Source of the DNA: Octopus sinensis | Taxonomy: Eukaryota | NCBI RefSeq assembly: GCF_006345805.1 | Contig: NC_043003.1 | Span: 67,332,001 to 67,396,000, forward strand | Direction: 5' to 3' | Length of the DNA stretch: 64,000 bases | Shown here: positions 11,502-25,329 of the stretch, piece after piece | Numbering within the stretch: the stretch's first letter is position 1 | Layout of the letters: each line of letters begins with the position of its first letter | Notes under the pieces: generated by a model | What the model was told of the DNA's origin: nothing | Database searches by the model: none | Seen by the model: only the letters and a program-made list of their open reading frames with translations | Translations under genes and position numbers: made by a program

Positions 11502-13002
11502 TATAACCCTGAACTACTGGATACAATGTAAGTCTACATTGATTTGTTTTCTTGTTATTTATCTTGCATTTACTTACTGTAGTAGTTGAATAATATTATT
11601 AAGGTCATATTTTATTCACACGCAGCATATTCAGAGTTTTGTCGCTAATTAAGTTCTTAACAAAATTGAAAACCGTTAACATTTTCAAAGAGGACTGTTC
11701 CTTAGCAAAAAGTTTACTTCAAAATTTGTAGCAACATCACAGGGGAGTTACTCCTATCAATTTTAGATCTAAACATTTTTTTTTATTTTAAAAGCAAAAT
11801 ATAGTTACCTTATCTTCAATGACAGGAGAAAGCATGAGGAATTTAATAGTTTTGGTCTCACGCAACAAAAAATTCCATCAAAAAAGTTGATGGAATGAGG
11901 TAAAATTTCATGAAAAAAGTATAAGACAAAAACTTGGATTTAAGGATGATTAAACTTTTTATTATAAAAGCAAGCTATATTTTAATCAAGCTTAAATGAT
12001 AGAGCTTACTTCGAGTAATTCCATGATATTACTTTCATGCAATGAAGATTTAAAAAAAAAAAAAACTTTATGAGTGTTTACGTCTCAAATTTGAGGGTGA
12101 TACTAAAGTTCTATACCATTTTATAGTTATAAAAGGGGACTTTTAATATATGTCGCCGGCATCATTGATGTAACGAAGAAATTATCAATGACACCGCTAA
12201 TTTGCAATTAGTTTAATAACGCCATCTGCATTAATTAATGCAATTATACGATGCAAACTCATTCCCGAACTGAGACGAGAAAGAAGTTTTAAAAGAAAAA
12301 CGTTATGTTTGTTTCTCAAATTTGAGTGTGATAATATAGTTCTATATATTTTGTTTACGAATAATAATCTTAAGAGTATAAACTTAGACCAGCAGAGGAA
12401 ACGTTATTACACTTGGAAAGGTCTAGGACAAGTTTTGCATCTGGTAAAGTACAGAACAAGAACATTTTTACTTAAAATATTGCAGCTAAGGATAAAATTT
12501 GAATATTAAAAATTATTTAATTTTAATTTACAAAGTAAGAAAGTAATAATGTAATAATGTACTACTATAATTTTTTATGAAATATTCTCAAATTTCGAAT
12601 TATTAATTAATAATTAGAAAAATGAATTTTTAAAGTACCAAAAATATTTTAATTGAGTTCATTTATTTTTAATTAAAGTAACAAGTAAAATGATTAGAAG
12701 TAATAACTTGTAATGAAATTTTTAGTTCTAATAAAAACTAATATTTTCTAAATCTCAATATTCTATTTGAAATTTTCTCCATAGCTGCAATATATAAAGT
12801 AAAAATTTTCTTGCTCTTTACCAGATATAATAAATTGTCCTGGACTATGTATAATAAAATGTCCTGTACTTTTCCAAGTTTATAATCTTAAGAATATTAT
12901 GTCTCTTGCTTTCTGTAGTCTTTTCACTTTTTACTATTTTCTGTATATATATATATATATGAAAAAACAAGTCAAGATAGAAAATGCTAAAATAATTTTA
13001 TA

Positions 13003-13054
13003 AAGAACATTTCAGTACCGGTTTCGGTCATTTTGAGACCTTTTCAACTGTAAC
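13003..13054 (-). ncRNA. Minimal type I hammerhead ribozyme motif, U3-A8 core variant
   Basis: Minus strand: cgttacag-UUGAAAA-ggtc(tcaaaat)gacc-GAAA-c-cg-GUA-ctgaaatg; stems I and II pair and stem III is the palindrome accggt. Confidence 0.7.
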
Positions 13055-14774
13055 GATTAAACAATTAAATTTAGAAAAATTAAAAGAAAAGTTTTTTTAA
13101 AGGAATTTTTGTATAGTGTTCAAATATAAGTGGCATTCTGCCTTTCTCTGTCTCCCTTGTTTGCACTTGTGTGTTCGAGGCCGTATATACATAAAGATGC
13201 ACGTAAATAAGGCGCTCAAATTGCAAGGCACCGAGTCGTGTCAAAATGAAAATACACACACTAACTATAAACGAATACAAGCAGACAAAATATCTAAGAA
13301 ATTTTTATTAGGGTTCTTTTATATTACTTTCATTATGATTAGCCTTTATACGTGTCTTTATTTAATGAAAATATCATTCTTTTCGTCAGGAAAGGATAGA
13401 ATTTAAGACACTAGGGCACTCATCCTTGAGTCTGTTCCGAACGAGCTGCAAATGGCTGAAGACTAAAAAATAAACGTTAAACTGGAAAATAAGCAATGAT
13501 CCCATAAAGGGCTATCGAAACATCACAAATGTCATATACGAGGCAATTTTCAGATAATTCACGGAATTTTATACGATACCATATCATTCTTCATTGTGAG
13601 AAAAACACCAAGGAAATAAATAAGAATATGGCAAAGTATACTGAAATGAAGGAAGAGTGGGGAAGCAAGCGATTTAAGTAAGGTGTCTCTCATTGAAACG
13701 CACAATATATCATATGGAGAGGATCATAATGATAGTTCAGGTAGGTGTATTGTCATTAACTCAGGCAGTGAAAGAACAAAAATGTTAATCAAGTGACTAG
13801 CACCATGGCATCGATTGGTAGAACTACTGAGAACTGTAGCAGTTATACCAATTAGCTTACTCAACTCCAACACACATTATAAATTAATTACTGAACTTTA
13901 TACTTATTCTACATACTACGCTAGCTTACTATTTTGCTATAATTTAACTTAAGTCGGGAGCTAGATTACTAAATCTTTTTTACATGCGATAAAGTTCCCC
14001 TTTCGATCTCATTGCTTTTCTATTCACTGTTCAAACCTATACATTATCCCGGTACATAGTCCATTTACACTCTATATCGTACAGATTCCAGATATAAACT
14101 TTACTCTTATATTACAGTTTCCATTGAAAATATACAAACTAAATTACAACCTATAAATTAGTGCCACATAAGTTCATATAACTACTCCCGATCTCCCCAA
14201 TAGCGATACTTCCCTCGCATTACACCGGCGGTCAAGTAGCTGAACCTACTGACACGTGAAAGTTATGGTAATAACTACTTGTGAGACCCTAGATTCAACT
14301 AATTCTCTTCTCATCTATCCTACAACTGATTTATTGTAATTGACCTTAAATAAAATGTAAGACTATCGAATTATTGAACGTTTTCTTTTTCCTGTGTTTT
14401 CCATACGCTTTCTTTCGCTCTATTCTGTTTTTGTTTATCTTTCTCTTTTTCGTTCTGATGATCTCTATCAATTGAAACGAGGTAAATACAGATATACCCC
14501 AGCCTGATATACGGAAACAGCTGTAAATGTACTCTAACATACTCTCATCTTAATTAATTAATTAAATAATGGCTTTATAACACCAAAGATCTACTTTTCA
14601 ATGTTATTTATTTCTCCATTTTCTTACCGTCTTTATATACATTAAACTACGATTTACCTTTTAAATTACCCACTACCGTATACCTTATAACAAGGGCCAT
14701 ATACACTGAGGTAATTACCAGGAGTGCCTTTGGATACATCTAAACTTTAGATGGTTTTAATACCTCTTACGTAG

Positions 14775-14834
<60 letters not shown>

Positions 14835-14907
14835 TATATATATATATATATATATAGTTTTATATATATATAAACACACACACACACACACACCACACAC
14901 ATATATA

Positions 14908-14947
<40 letters not shown>

Positions 14948-15140
14948 ACATGTATATGTATATATTTATACCTACATGTATATGTATATATAATATGTGG
15001 AGTTTAATTCAGTGGAGATCTAACGAAAAGGTACGTTGTGTAAGTGCTATGATTGGTCATCCATTAGGTTCCAAGTTCACAGCTGAAGCTGGAACTAGGG
15101 ATCGGTATTAGGCTTCCGTGTTAGCAGGTATATATATTTA

Positions 15141-15315
15141 TATATTAGAGGAAAGGAACAACGAAGAATAAGGCAGGACGAGTGTCTGATGTCATTTATA
15201 ATAATCCAGTGTAAGGGGAATTTGTTATCCCACAAACAGCTGTAAGGCTTCAAATTCACCTTATTATAAATGACTTGAAATACTCATCCTGCCTTGGTTA
15301 ATGTTCAGCTTTTCC

Positions 15316-15324
<9 letters not shown>
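15141..15324. repeat. MITE-like imperfect palindrome
   Basis: Nested inverted blocks: tatattagaggaaa/tttcctctaatata, aaggcagga/tcctgcctt, gtcatttataataa/ttattataaatgac. Confidence 0.8.
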
Positions 15325-15346
<22 letters not shown>

Positions 15347-16015
15347 ATGCTTATATATATATGTGTGTGTGTCTGTATTTATGTGTGTAAAATCTAGTTG
15401 ATGTAATCTTTAATCTTTGATCGCATGTGTTAGCAATTAATTGCTAATTAATTTCTCTTCATCAAGGATCTCCATTGATAGAGTACGATAGGCAATTCCT
15501 TTGATATAGCTGCATGATTAAACGAAGTGCAATTTATTGAATTTTGTATCTAAAGGCGAAATTAAATAAGTATAGAAAATTGAAATTTAATTGAGCACTA
15601 ATATTCATTAAATAAGACTCAGTTTTGCATTTAATTTCCTCAAAATATTATATTAGGAACGCAACATATTCAGTCATCAAGTTTGCATTAATTTTATGTG
15701 TCTGTGTTTAGCTTTCGCTTCTAGTTCATATATAAAAAAAAATATACTATAAAATATCGTTTTGTTATTGGTATGCAATCTGTAATTTTTCTTGATTATT
15801 TCTAACTAGATTTAAGGATGGGCTTTCAACGTTAATGTTTTCTAAATAAAAATAATTTGCATCGGGATTTTAAGTTTTTGATTAAATTCGCGAGAAGATT
15901 GTTTCTTGTACAAAAATAAAGAAAATCAATATTTATTTATCTCACAGATGTGTGTCAGAAATAATTCAATAGACTAACATTTTCTAATTGCATAGATATG
16001 TTTATTAATGATTAG

Positions 16016-16750
16016 TTATTATTATTCGTCTTGATTCAGGCTTGGCCTTGTTCATGTTAGAATTTATGTGGGTAGCGCATTACTGCCTGTAACATTAGAT
16101 ATCTACAATCTTTCAATAACCCTCTGATAATCTTTCCTGTTCTAAGAGACAAACTTTTTGTAGCAGCTCTACTGGACATTCCATTCTAATCTCCTTCAAC
16201 CATTTGTGTATATCATTACTTAAAGTCACTAATGCACCAATTATGAGTGGCACAGTTTTAAATATTCTGAATTCTCGCTACCTCAAATTTTAAGGGATTG
16301 TAATATTTTTTTATTTTTCGTATTATTCACAATCCTGAAATCAGACAGATATGGTGGATCTATCAGTAAGCAAACTCGCTTTTTCTTGTCTAATATTATC
16401 ACTTTTAGCTTATTATTTTCTGTATTCTTATCCGTCTGAACTGGATAATACCACAAAAACTTGCATTTTTTCGACTCAAGTAATCTTTCTACTCGATGAT
16501 AATACAAAGTATTCCAACTTTAAATGCCCATTTCTGACCAAGCTTCCACTGCAGAACTTTTATAGCCTGATCAGACCCCTATTTTTTATGCTCTCACGGA
16601 ACAGACTTCGGCTATTCTGCAACACTGTGAGCCATTGTTTCTTTCAGAATTCCAAAAACTCGACATTTTATTGACCGCCTCCACATACACATATTTTCTT
16701 AAGTTGTTCGTAATGATTGCTCTTGAGCTGTTATAATGAGGCACTCTGTT
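16016..16750 (-). mobile_element. R4/Dong-type LINE 3' part (knuckle + REL endonuclease to C-terminus)
   Basis: Minus strand: ECLIITAQEQSLRT..; YHRVERLLESKKCKFLWYYPVQTDK..LDKKKRVCLLID; ..VELLQKVCLL; short (AAT) tail at about 16016. Confidence 0.8.
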
Positions 16751-16814
16751 TTTTTTTTCTCAATCGCCCGTTTTTCAATAAAACCCCGGATTATTCAAAC
16801 TCAAAAAACATCCC

Positions 16815-17040
16815 GCTCAACACACGGCTATGATACTCCCCAGCTACTTATGTTCGTGATCATAGATTCACATAGCATCAGCCACTGAGGAACATGCTCA
16901 ACCGATCATGGTCTAGCAACTGACTAGCAAATATGCAGTATGAACATATTTCCTGCAGCCCATCTGTTATACAGAGACAAAACATGTACAGGATAATACT
17001 TTCAATCAGTCCAGATCAGAAGCCATGAACATCACCACTT
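16815..17040 (-). mobile_element. Interspersed repeat family E; second copy at 37714-38015 (+)
   Basis: Both loci share ..ctgatc..actgattg(g/a)aagt(g/a)ttatc(a/c)tgtacat.. and ..gctga(c/t)g..atgtg(c/a)atct(c/a)tgatcac.. Confidence 0.7.
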
Positions 17041-17283
17041 CGAATCTCTCACTATAATAGCGATTCTGGTTGTTGTATCATGTAGTACAATCATATGCAA
17101 TTTTTCTGTTGGAAAATTGCTGATGTAATCATTGGAATTTCTCACATCTCAAAATTGTCCCCCATAATTTACATAATAATATTCAAATTGTAATCAAACC
17201 CTTTAATACCACCGTGATATATTAATGATGATGATGAAAATGATAACAACAACAACAACAGCAACAGCAACAACAATAATAAT

Positions 17284-18966
17284 AGACCAATAACATGCCT
17301 TCCGCTAATGTCGAAACTAATGTCAGGTGCTCTGGCTGGTGATATGTACAAATACTTGAAAAAAGTTGGCTGCTACCCATTGAATAGAAAAGGTACCGAA
17401 AAAGGAGCCGGGGAACGAATGATTAGCTCTTAATTGATAATCTAATTATCAGGAATTGCAAGAGAAGACATACACATCTGATCATGGAACTGGTTGACTA
17501 TCGCAATGCGTATGATATGATACCACACTTCTGGTTAATAAGAACAATGAAAATGTATGGAGTAGCAGGGAATATGAGAAGCCTTATATGGAACAGTATG
17601 AAATGCTGGAGAACGGAATTGACAGCAGGAAAGCAAGTACTAGGAGAGGTGAAAATCAAGAGAAGAATCTTCCAGGTGGACAGTGTGTCCCCACTGATAT
17701 TAGTGCTGGGAATTATACACTTAAGTGAAATACTGCAGAAAACAAAGATGAGGTATGATCTCGGAAAAGGTGAGGGAAATCTAAAACACTTGTTATTCAT
17801 GGACGACCTGAAGCTATTCACGAGAACTGAAGTAGAACTGGACAGTCTGGTCGAGTCTGTGCGGATTTTCTCCAATGATGTTAAGATGGAATTTGGATTT
17901 TCAAAATATGCTACGATGTTTCTGGAAGGTAATTCAACCTCAATACAGTTTAAAATACCTAGGTATAATTGAAGCAGATGGAATCGCACATCACGACATG
18001 AAGCAAACGACAAAAAGAGAATGAGAAAACTATTGACGAGTGAGAAAAGTAAGAAAACTATTGATTTCAAAGCTGAATTCCAGAAACATAATTTTGGCAA
18101 TAAACTTGCCCGCATTCGCAGTAGTTCGTTATGGCACTGGAATCCTGAAGTGGACAAAGGAGGATCTAAAGGAGATGGATAAGAAGTCTAGTAAGATGTA
18201 TGGTGCCTATCATCCACGTGCAGGCACTGATAGCCTATACATGAAGAGAGCAAATGGAGGAAGGGGACTGATAAGTGTGGAAGACTGCGTGCGTATCGAA
18301 CTCGAGAACTTAATGAGATACTTAGCCCAAAGGAAACCTTGCTAGTGACATTTAGGAACGAGTGAGTATTGGGAGCACAAAAAAGGGAAGACAAAGAAAG
18401 AAGTACAAAAAGCACATCAAGAAGAATTTCACAAGAAGGGGCTCCACTGTCAATTCCATGTAGCCACAGCAGAAGTTGCTGGAAAGAATAGGATGGATTG
18501 GCTGATGAACGGAACCCTATAAAAAGAGGCGGACTGCACTACACTGGAAGCGCAGAACCAAGTTCCTAAACCTGAGGAATGAGCAAATGTCTTCGCTGTG
18601 CCGCATCTGCAATTGAGTGGATGAAATCATTACCCATGTCATGAACGAATGCCCTAGACGTGCCCAAAACACCAACGAGTTCTGGCTTCATGACCAGGTA
18701 GCAGAAGTGCTACTTAGGAAACTGCGAAAAGTGAAGGCTAGAGAGAGGCAAGACGTGTTGTGAGAATAAACCGCAGAGAGTGGCGGAGTGGGATACTAGC
18801 AAAATCCTCTGAGATTTCCAAATCCAAACAGATGAGGTGCTACAGCAACAACAGAGAGCACATGAATTCTTCGCAGGGTTCTTGAAGCATGACCAGCAAA
18901 CAAATGTGACCTTAGCCAGCTGGCTGTTGACAGCTGATACTTTCCAGCAAAATATTGTGTGGTTTC

Positions 18967-18968
<2 letters not shown>
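17284..18968 (+). mobile_element. R4/Dong-type LINE, 5'-truncated and decayed (RT, thumb, knuckle, partial REL, C-terminus)
   Basis: RPITCLPLM..; VDYRNAYDMIPHFW; IFQVDSVSPL; HLLFMDDLKLF; LYMKRANGGRGLISVEDC; CRICN..EIITHVMNECP; KIL*DFQIQTD; C-terminal ILRRVLEA* followed by (AAT)n. Many stops and frameshifts. Confidence 0.92.

Positions 18969-19044
<76 letters not shown>
18969..19044. repeat. (AAT)n tract shared between two Dong-type elements
   Basis: Perfect (AAT) run between the 3' end of one element and the truncated 5' end of the next. Confidence 0.97.
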
Positions 19045-19046
<2 letters not shown>

Positions 19047-20446
19047 CCAGCATCTGTCCTGACTGAATATACCTATAGTTTTTTTAATAGAAAGTGGCTT
19101 ATACCCTAATGCGCAAAAAGGATGTAAAGGCGCATCCTATGGTTGTAAAAATCCGCTACTCACCATTAGGATGATCTTGGAAGATTGTCACAAACAACTT
19201 GTCAATACCTTGGGTAGACTATAAAAATATTTTGATAGCCTACCTCATAGCTGGATTGAGAAATGTCTGGAAATGTATAAAAGAGCTCCTCCTCTGAGAA
19301 ACTTTTTGTCAGTAAGTATGGGTTTATGGAAAATCACACTGACTTTGAACAGTGACAATAAATCTCTTAATGCTGGGGATGTAAGAATTTCATGTGGCAT
19401 TTTCCAGGGAGACTCGTTATTACTACTCCTATTTTGTCTAGCCTTAATACCTCTCTCAAAATTGCTCAATGATGTACAGTACGGTTATAAAATATTTGAT
19501 AAAAGTATAAATCATCTAATTTGCATGGATGATTTAAAGCTCTTTGCCAAAAAATTGACCAATAACTGATGAGCTTACTAGCGATTGCTAAACAATTCAA
19601 TGATGACATCAGGATGCAATCTGGTCTCGATATAAATGTGCAAAAGCTACCACCAAAGGAAAAAGACAGAAACATCTAACGTTAACCTTGCCCAGCAGAA
19701 TGTCATAAAAGAGTTAGAACCAGCAGAGAGCTACAAATACCTAGGGGTTTTTGAAGGGGACGGAATCAAACATTCAGTGATGAGGGAAAGGATCAGAAAA
19801 GATTGTTATTGCTGGGTGAGAGCAATACTAAAGACAGGGCTGAATGCAAGAAACAGGATCGAAGCGATCGATACTTTAGCCATATCTAGGGAGAGTAATC
19901 CACTGTCAGCTTTGTAGAAAACTAAGATTTGAACACACTGACAAAAGGGAATGATCACGACCCTAATAAAGAACTAGAATGTAAGAAATACATGATGTTG
20001 TGGGCATTTAACATTCACACAGACAGAGTAATAGAAGCTAGAATGCCTGATTTGGTAGTAGACGATAAAGAGATAAGAAGGTGCCAGATAATTAACTTTA
20101 CTGTCAGAAACGTTTAAAACATTAATATGAGAATTATAGAATTAATAGCAAGAATTATAGAATTAATGGCAAAGTACCAGGATCTGGCTATTGAATTACA
20201 GAAACTATGGAAAGTGCGGGTAAAATGTATCCCAGTAGTTATAGGTGCATTGGGAACTATCACTAAAGATCTGAACAGATGGATAGAAGAAATGGTAATA
20301 AAACCTGTTTAATACAGCTCCAGAAAACAGTGTTATTAAAGCCAACTAGAATACTTAGGAGGTTTCTTGGCATCTAAGATCACTTGTTGTTGGCCAATGT
20401 TAGGATTTTCTCTTTTCCAACAGTCTAATTTGTTGAGAGCATATCA
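19045..20446 (+). mobile_element. Second R4/Dong-type LINE, 5'-truncated and decayed
   Basis: ASVLTEYTYSFLIESGLYPNAQKGCKGASYGCKNPLL..; CGIFQGDSL; HLICMDDLKLFAK; YKYLGVFEGDGI; RMPDLVVDDKE; KYQDLAIELQKLWKVRVKCIPVVIGALG; ends in (AAT)n at 20447. Confidence 0.92.
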
Positions 20447-22334
20447 AAATAATAATAATAACGACGACGACGATGACAACAACAACAACAACAATGATGA
20501 TGATAAGAATAAGAATAATAAACTAGAGACTGGACAGAAAAATAGGGTAGTGTAAAAATTGCTTGACTGTAGCAGTTTTATTTTCTATTGGCATTTTCGA
20601 TGCGAAATAATTATAAGGAAGCCGAAGTGAGTCAACTCTTGTGTGATATGATTTTTACCGTCGGGAACATTGCCAGCAATTCATAGAACTTGGTAAAAAT
20701 GATTGAGTGTCATTTATACTTTTTGCATAATGATGGACGTTAACTAGAGAGTGAGATTTTACAAGTTATCAATTTCTGTAGGGACTGATATTTGTTTTAA
20801 TATTTTCCTTTTAAATTTTATTCAATGAAATAAAAAATGTAAATATACGAACTGATAAAGTATATTTTATAACAATTTATGACGTAAAAAGTGGACATTA
20901 AAATGAAATTTTTGTAGATTACGAAGTAAACTTTTTTGGGGATGAAGGAAAAAGAAACTTATTTGGTTTAATGCCAACAAGATAATGGAATGTATGAGAA
21001 GTTATTCCTAATTGTTATTAGTTCATTCATGACAGTAAATGTAAATTCTTTTTTATCGATTAGCAAACATATGTTGACTTATATTGATTTCTATCGTAAC
21101 CACAAGGTCATATAATTTGGGAGGTAGAGATGCCGGTTATATCGATTAACGTACTTGGATTGCATCTGATTTATAGGTGTCGAAAAGAAATAAATAGAAT
21201 CTATACTTATGAGAATTGAACCCAGGAAATAAAGGAATTTAAAATGTACCCTGCAAAATAATTGCTTGGCTTCGCTATCCGTTCCGATGATCCATCACCT
21301 GCAAATTATGTCAAGTAGCGTATGGCAGAACAAATTATATGACGCAATGGTGGTACTAACGTTGCATGATTGCAATTAAACTGTAAAAGGGGAAGTTAAG
21401 CCTGTGATATCATTGAATATAAAATGTCAATAGAAGTCATAAACTACGATGTAAGTTTTCGTCTCTAGGGATTCGTGTGTCACAATCATAACAACTGATG
21501 CACATTAAAACAAACATTAAATGCTAAATTTAAGTATTGTAATGACTGAACATTATGTAAATTCACTATTCTATGGTCATAGAGGTAAGGTTAACGTCGA
21601 CATCAAATCCTGTGTTATCCGCTCTGAAAACATGAATTAGCAGGTGGAAGATACACTCAGCAGAACATAGAGATATATTAAATACAAGCTTGGTTCGTTA
21701 GCTAGGGTTATACAATAACGCTCCATGATAAGAAGATATTTGTATACGAACAACAATGTAGTTAAGGACATGATAAGTAAGCTTGTTCTATAATATACTC
21801 GATATTTTGCAGCTATTTAATTCGTACCCATAAATCTACAAAACAAAAGCTGCTTTAATACATTTCGCACATGCACACACATACATATAAAAGACACTGA
21901 AACTAACGCGAAATACATGTACACGTGAATCATACGATACAAGATCCTGTCACAAACAAGCAACAACCTTGTATCGTTTGGACAATATACATACAGCATC
22001 AGACGGGCTGTCTATTTTGAGAGTAAAACATTAAATATATCACTGCTATCTGTAAGAAAATCTCAACGCATAATCCACTTCCACTGACTCAAAATGTGTA
22101 CAAACTACCGAGAAGTAAATAGTGATTATAGAGATATAATCCAATACTGATTAAGGTTTCCAATTTGGTTTATCAATTTCATGGCAAATATTTGTGTACC
22201 GAAAGTACTGCTGTACCCCTTCACAGAATGTAGGAATGCGATGAAGTGACGAAAGAACTCTGTAGATGTTTAGTTCTCTTCCATTGCAGCATTAAAGCTT
22301 CACAGACTCGTACCCATACCGACGTTAGTTTCGA

Positions 22335-22900
22335 AACCTCTACAAAAGTCAAGAGGTTTGTTGAGTCAGGTGTTGCGACTATGGGCCAGTTATGTATATC
22401 GTGTTGAGTTAAAAGATTCATATTATTTGTTAAGTTGCAATAAAAGCAGCCTAGCATTCAAAGGAGAGGCCATTCTGTTTCACCGTCTGAAGACACTCTT
22501 TTCTGCCAGATGTTATATCCCAAGAGGATACCAGTTTTTATCGTTTGATGTGAAGAATTCCTCCACTGAAACTCTCACCCACTTTTGGTTGATGAAGCGT
22601 CGCAAGTGCATATAGTAATCCACGGATGGGAACAAACTGAACACGCGATGCCATTGTAGTAATCGCCGTTTTCCTTGAGCAAGATGTGATGGCTTGCTTT
22701 CTCAGTGGCTTCAGGCAATTCTGCAGCAACATCGTTTTTCTGCTTCGCAGCAGTCCCAAGCATCCTGGGCGTCGAGTGAACCCTCGTCTTCTAACACTTA
22801 TCTCTACAAGTGTCTCTATTGCCTTCCAAAACACAAACAATCTGACAGTCATTTCCACCCACAAATATTCTTTCTCATAGAGGTCGGTTGTGTACTTGAC
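22335..22900 (-). mobile_element. Mariner remnant, probably internally deleted
   Basis: Minus strand: HLRRFINQKWVRVSVEEFFTSNDKNWYPLGI..LQTVKQNGLSFEC*, same family as 1-332 and 48872. The upstream part is only weakly recognisable. Confidence 0.7.
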
Positions 22901-24060
22901 ATGAATGGTCAAACACTTTGAAACTAAGCCAAAATAATGCAGAAGAAATAAAATAATTACGAAATGACACTGATTTACAAATACAGTAATTAAATAGCAA
23001 TGATTGTCAAACATGTTTAAACAATAACTTTCTGTGAAAGGAAGATATCTGTAAATGAGGAAGAAATTTTTATAAGGATGTGATACGAAAGTTCGTTATA
23101 TAATATACTGAACATTTTACTGCTATTGCATTTATATCACAGGTCTATCAAAACTGCATAGATCTACCAAACTAGAACTGCTATAATAACATATACACAC
23201 ATGTGTAGAGATTAAGACAAATACGCAAAAGAACAATTCTTGATGTAATAATTCCAGCCTCCAATCCAAACCAGTGAAATAAAAAAATATGGTATGCTGT
23301 CTCAAATTAAAAAAAAACATGAATTTTGTACTATACAATGAAAAAACAATCTCTTTCCTCAATTATTCCCAAGCATGCTTGGGGGCAATTTCCTATTAAA
23401 ATTGTAATCAGAAATTAAAAAATTATATATATAGAGAGGCTTGAATACATGTTGACAAATAATCACAAATACTATCACACACATGTACGTACACCAACGT
23501 TATATAACTATATATACATGCGTTCGCGCGCTCATGCGGTTACACATATACAAAAACATGTATTCTGCTGATTGGCCAGCTATTTTCCATTCAAATTGAA
23601 AAGATATTTTCCCTTCCAAGCACAGGCGACAGCCCTGTTTGGCAAACGCTCAGCAATAGTTCTTGAAGAGATTTTATAGAATTTAAGCATTAAGTTTAAG
23701 CATTAATGTTTGCATTATAGAAATGATTCTAACATGGAAATTTGTATTTTGTTTTCCTTGTATGGCACTGCTGCACATCCGCAAGGCTTACGCCATCTGT
23801 ACATACTACAGGTCAACGATTTGAATTCGTTCTGGGGTGAAAGGAATGTAGCATAACGGTGCACGGAAATAACTGCGAATTACCGATATCTGTCGTTGTT
23901 GTTAACCGCCGGACGTTTCGTTTTGTGTTGAACTACTCTATGTTTTCGACTCTCTACATTTTTAAATGGCCTTCTGTGAACTAAATACTACAGCTTAAAA
24001 GCCTTTAACAACAGATATACGTTAAGTATATAACAGTAATATGATTTTATCTCTCTCTCT

Positions 24061-24111
<51 letters not shown>

Positions 24112-24121
24112 TATATATGTA

Positions 24122-24228
<107 letters not shown>

Positions 24229-25329
24229 ATACGAGGAAGTCAAAATTTACACGTACTCTTGTATTTTTCAATATATTTACAAAAAAATCAAGGAGCAAAC
24301 AGCTACGTCGTGTTTCGATATAGTCTCCTATCTTTTCAATGCACTATGTCCAGCGGTACAGAGGTTTTTTGGTATCTCCCGGCTCTGATTGCTTTGGCCT
24401 CGGGGGTTAGGAGATGACAGCGTCTTCGAACAGAGCTAGTCATGCCAAGGTTCCTGTTCGCATCTCTGGATACTGTGGAATTTGCATTAATAGAATTAGT
24501 CACTGGTATAATGTCATCATTGTAGATAAACACTGAAAAGTGTATATGAAAATTTGTTTATTTTCTTAACCAGTTTGCAACCCGAACAAATACCACCGAG
24601 TTTTGTGACAGCAATCGATGTCACGGAACAACGCAAACGTTAAAGCAGCTAGCTGATGATTGGCTATGCAGTACTAAGTGGATCTATAACTGAACTTTGG
24701 AATATTGTTGTTGGCTAATTGTGAAATTTGTCATTAAGTATGGCAACTGAGATTTAAGAGAACACTTTAAAAAATATCTGATAATAACATTCTTCAAAGA
24801 ACCAAGCCTGCTCATGCTGTTCCGCACTAAGTCACGTAAACAAGCAGGAGATTTTTCTGTGTCTACGTCAGACGATGTTTTATTTTGTTTTTCAATGTGG
24901 AATCTCAGACTACTTCAGAAAATGTTATTTTCCCGCACAAAAGTTTTTTCAACTGAAAAATGTTTCTGTATTTTAAGCAACCTGGGTGTATTTTACGTCA
25001 TAGTATGTTAAGTTTTGTATGAAATGTTAACTAACCGATCTATTCTTTTTATGGTCTTCTGCTATCAGAATTTCTAAGTAACAGCGTCTTGAGAGTCATA
25101 GCAAAATACCACTGATAAAAAGGAGAGTAGAACGGAACCAGACTAGGTTTTAGTGGGGAGTTATTTACGAGAATATACAATAAATTAGCACTTGTAGTTA
25201 TCTCTCTGTGCTTAAAATCGCATAATCATCTTGTTACTTGTTCTTATTCAAGGCACATAAACATATCTAAGGATTAACATCAGGTAGGTCGATGTAGTAG
25301 CATCGGAAGCTATTTTTTCAAACGCTTAA

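Noticed and set aside
13300-13392. CUGACGA on the minus strand
   Set aside because: No stem II or III compatible with a downstream GAAA..NUH.
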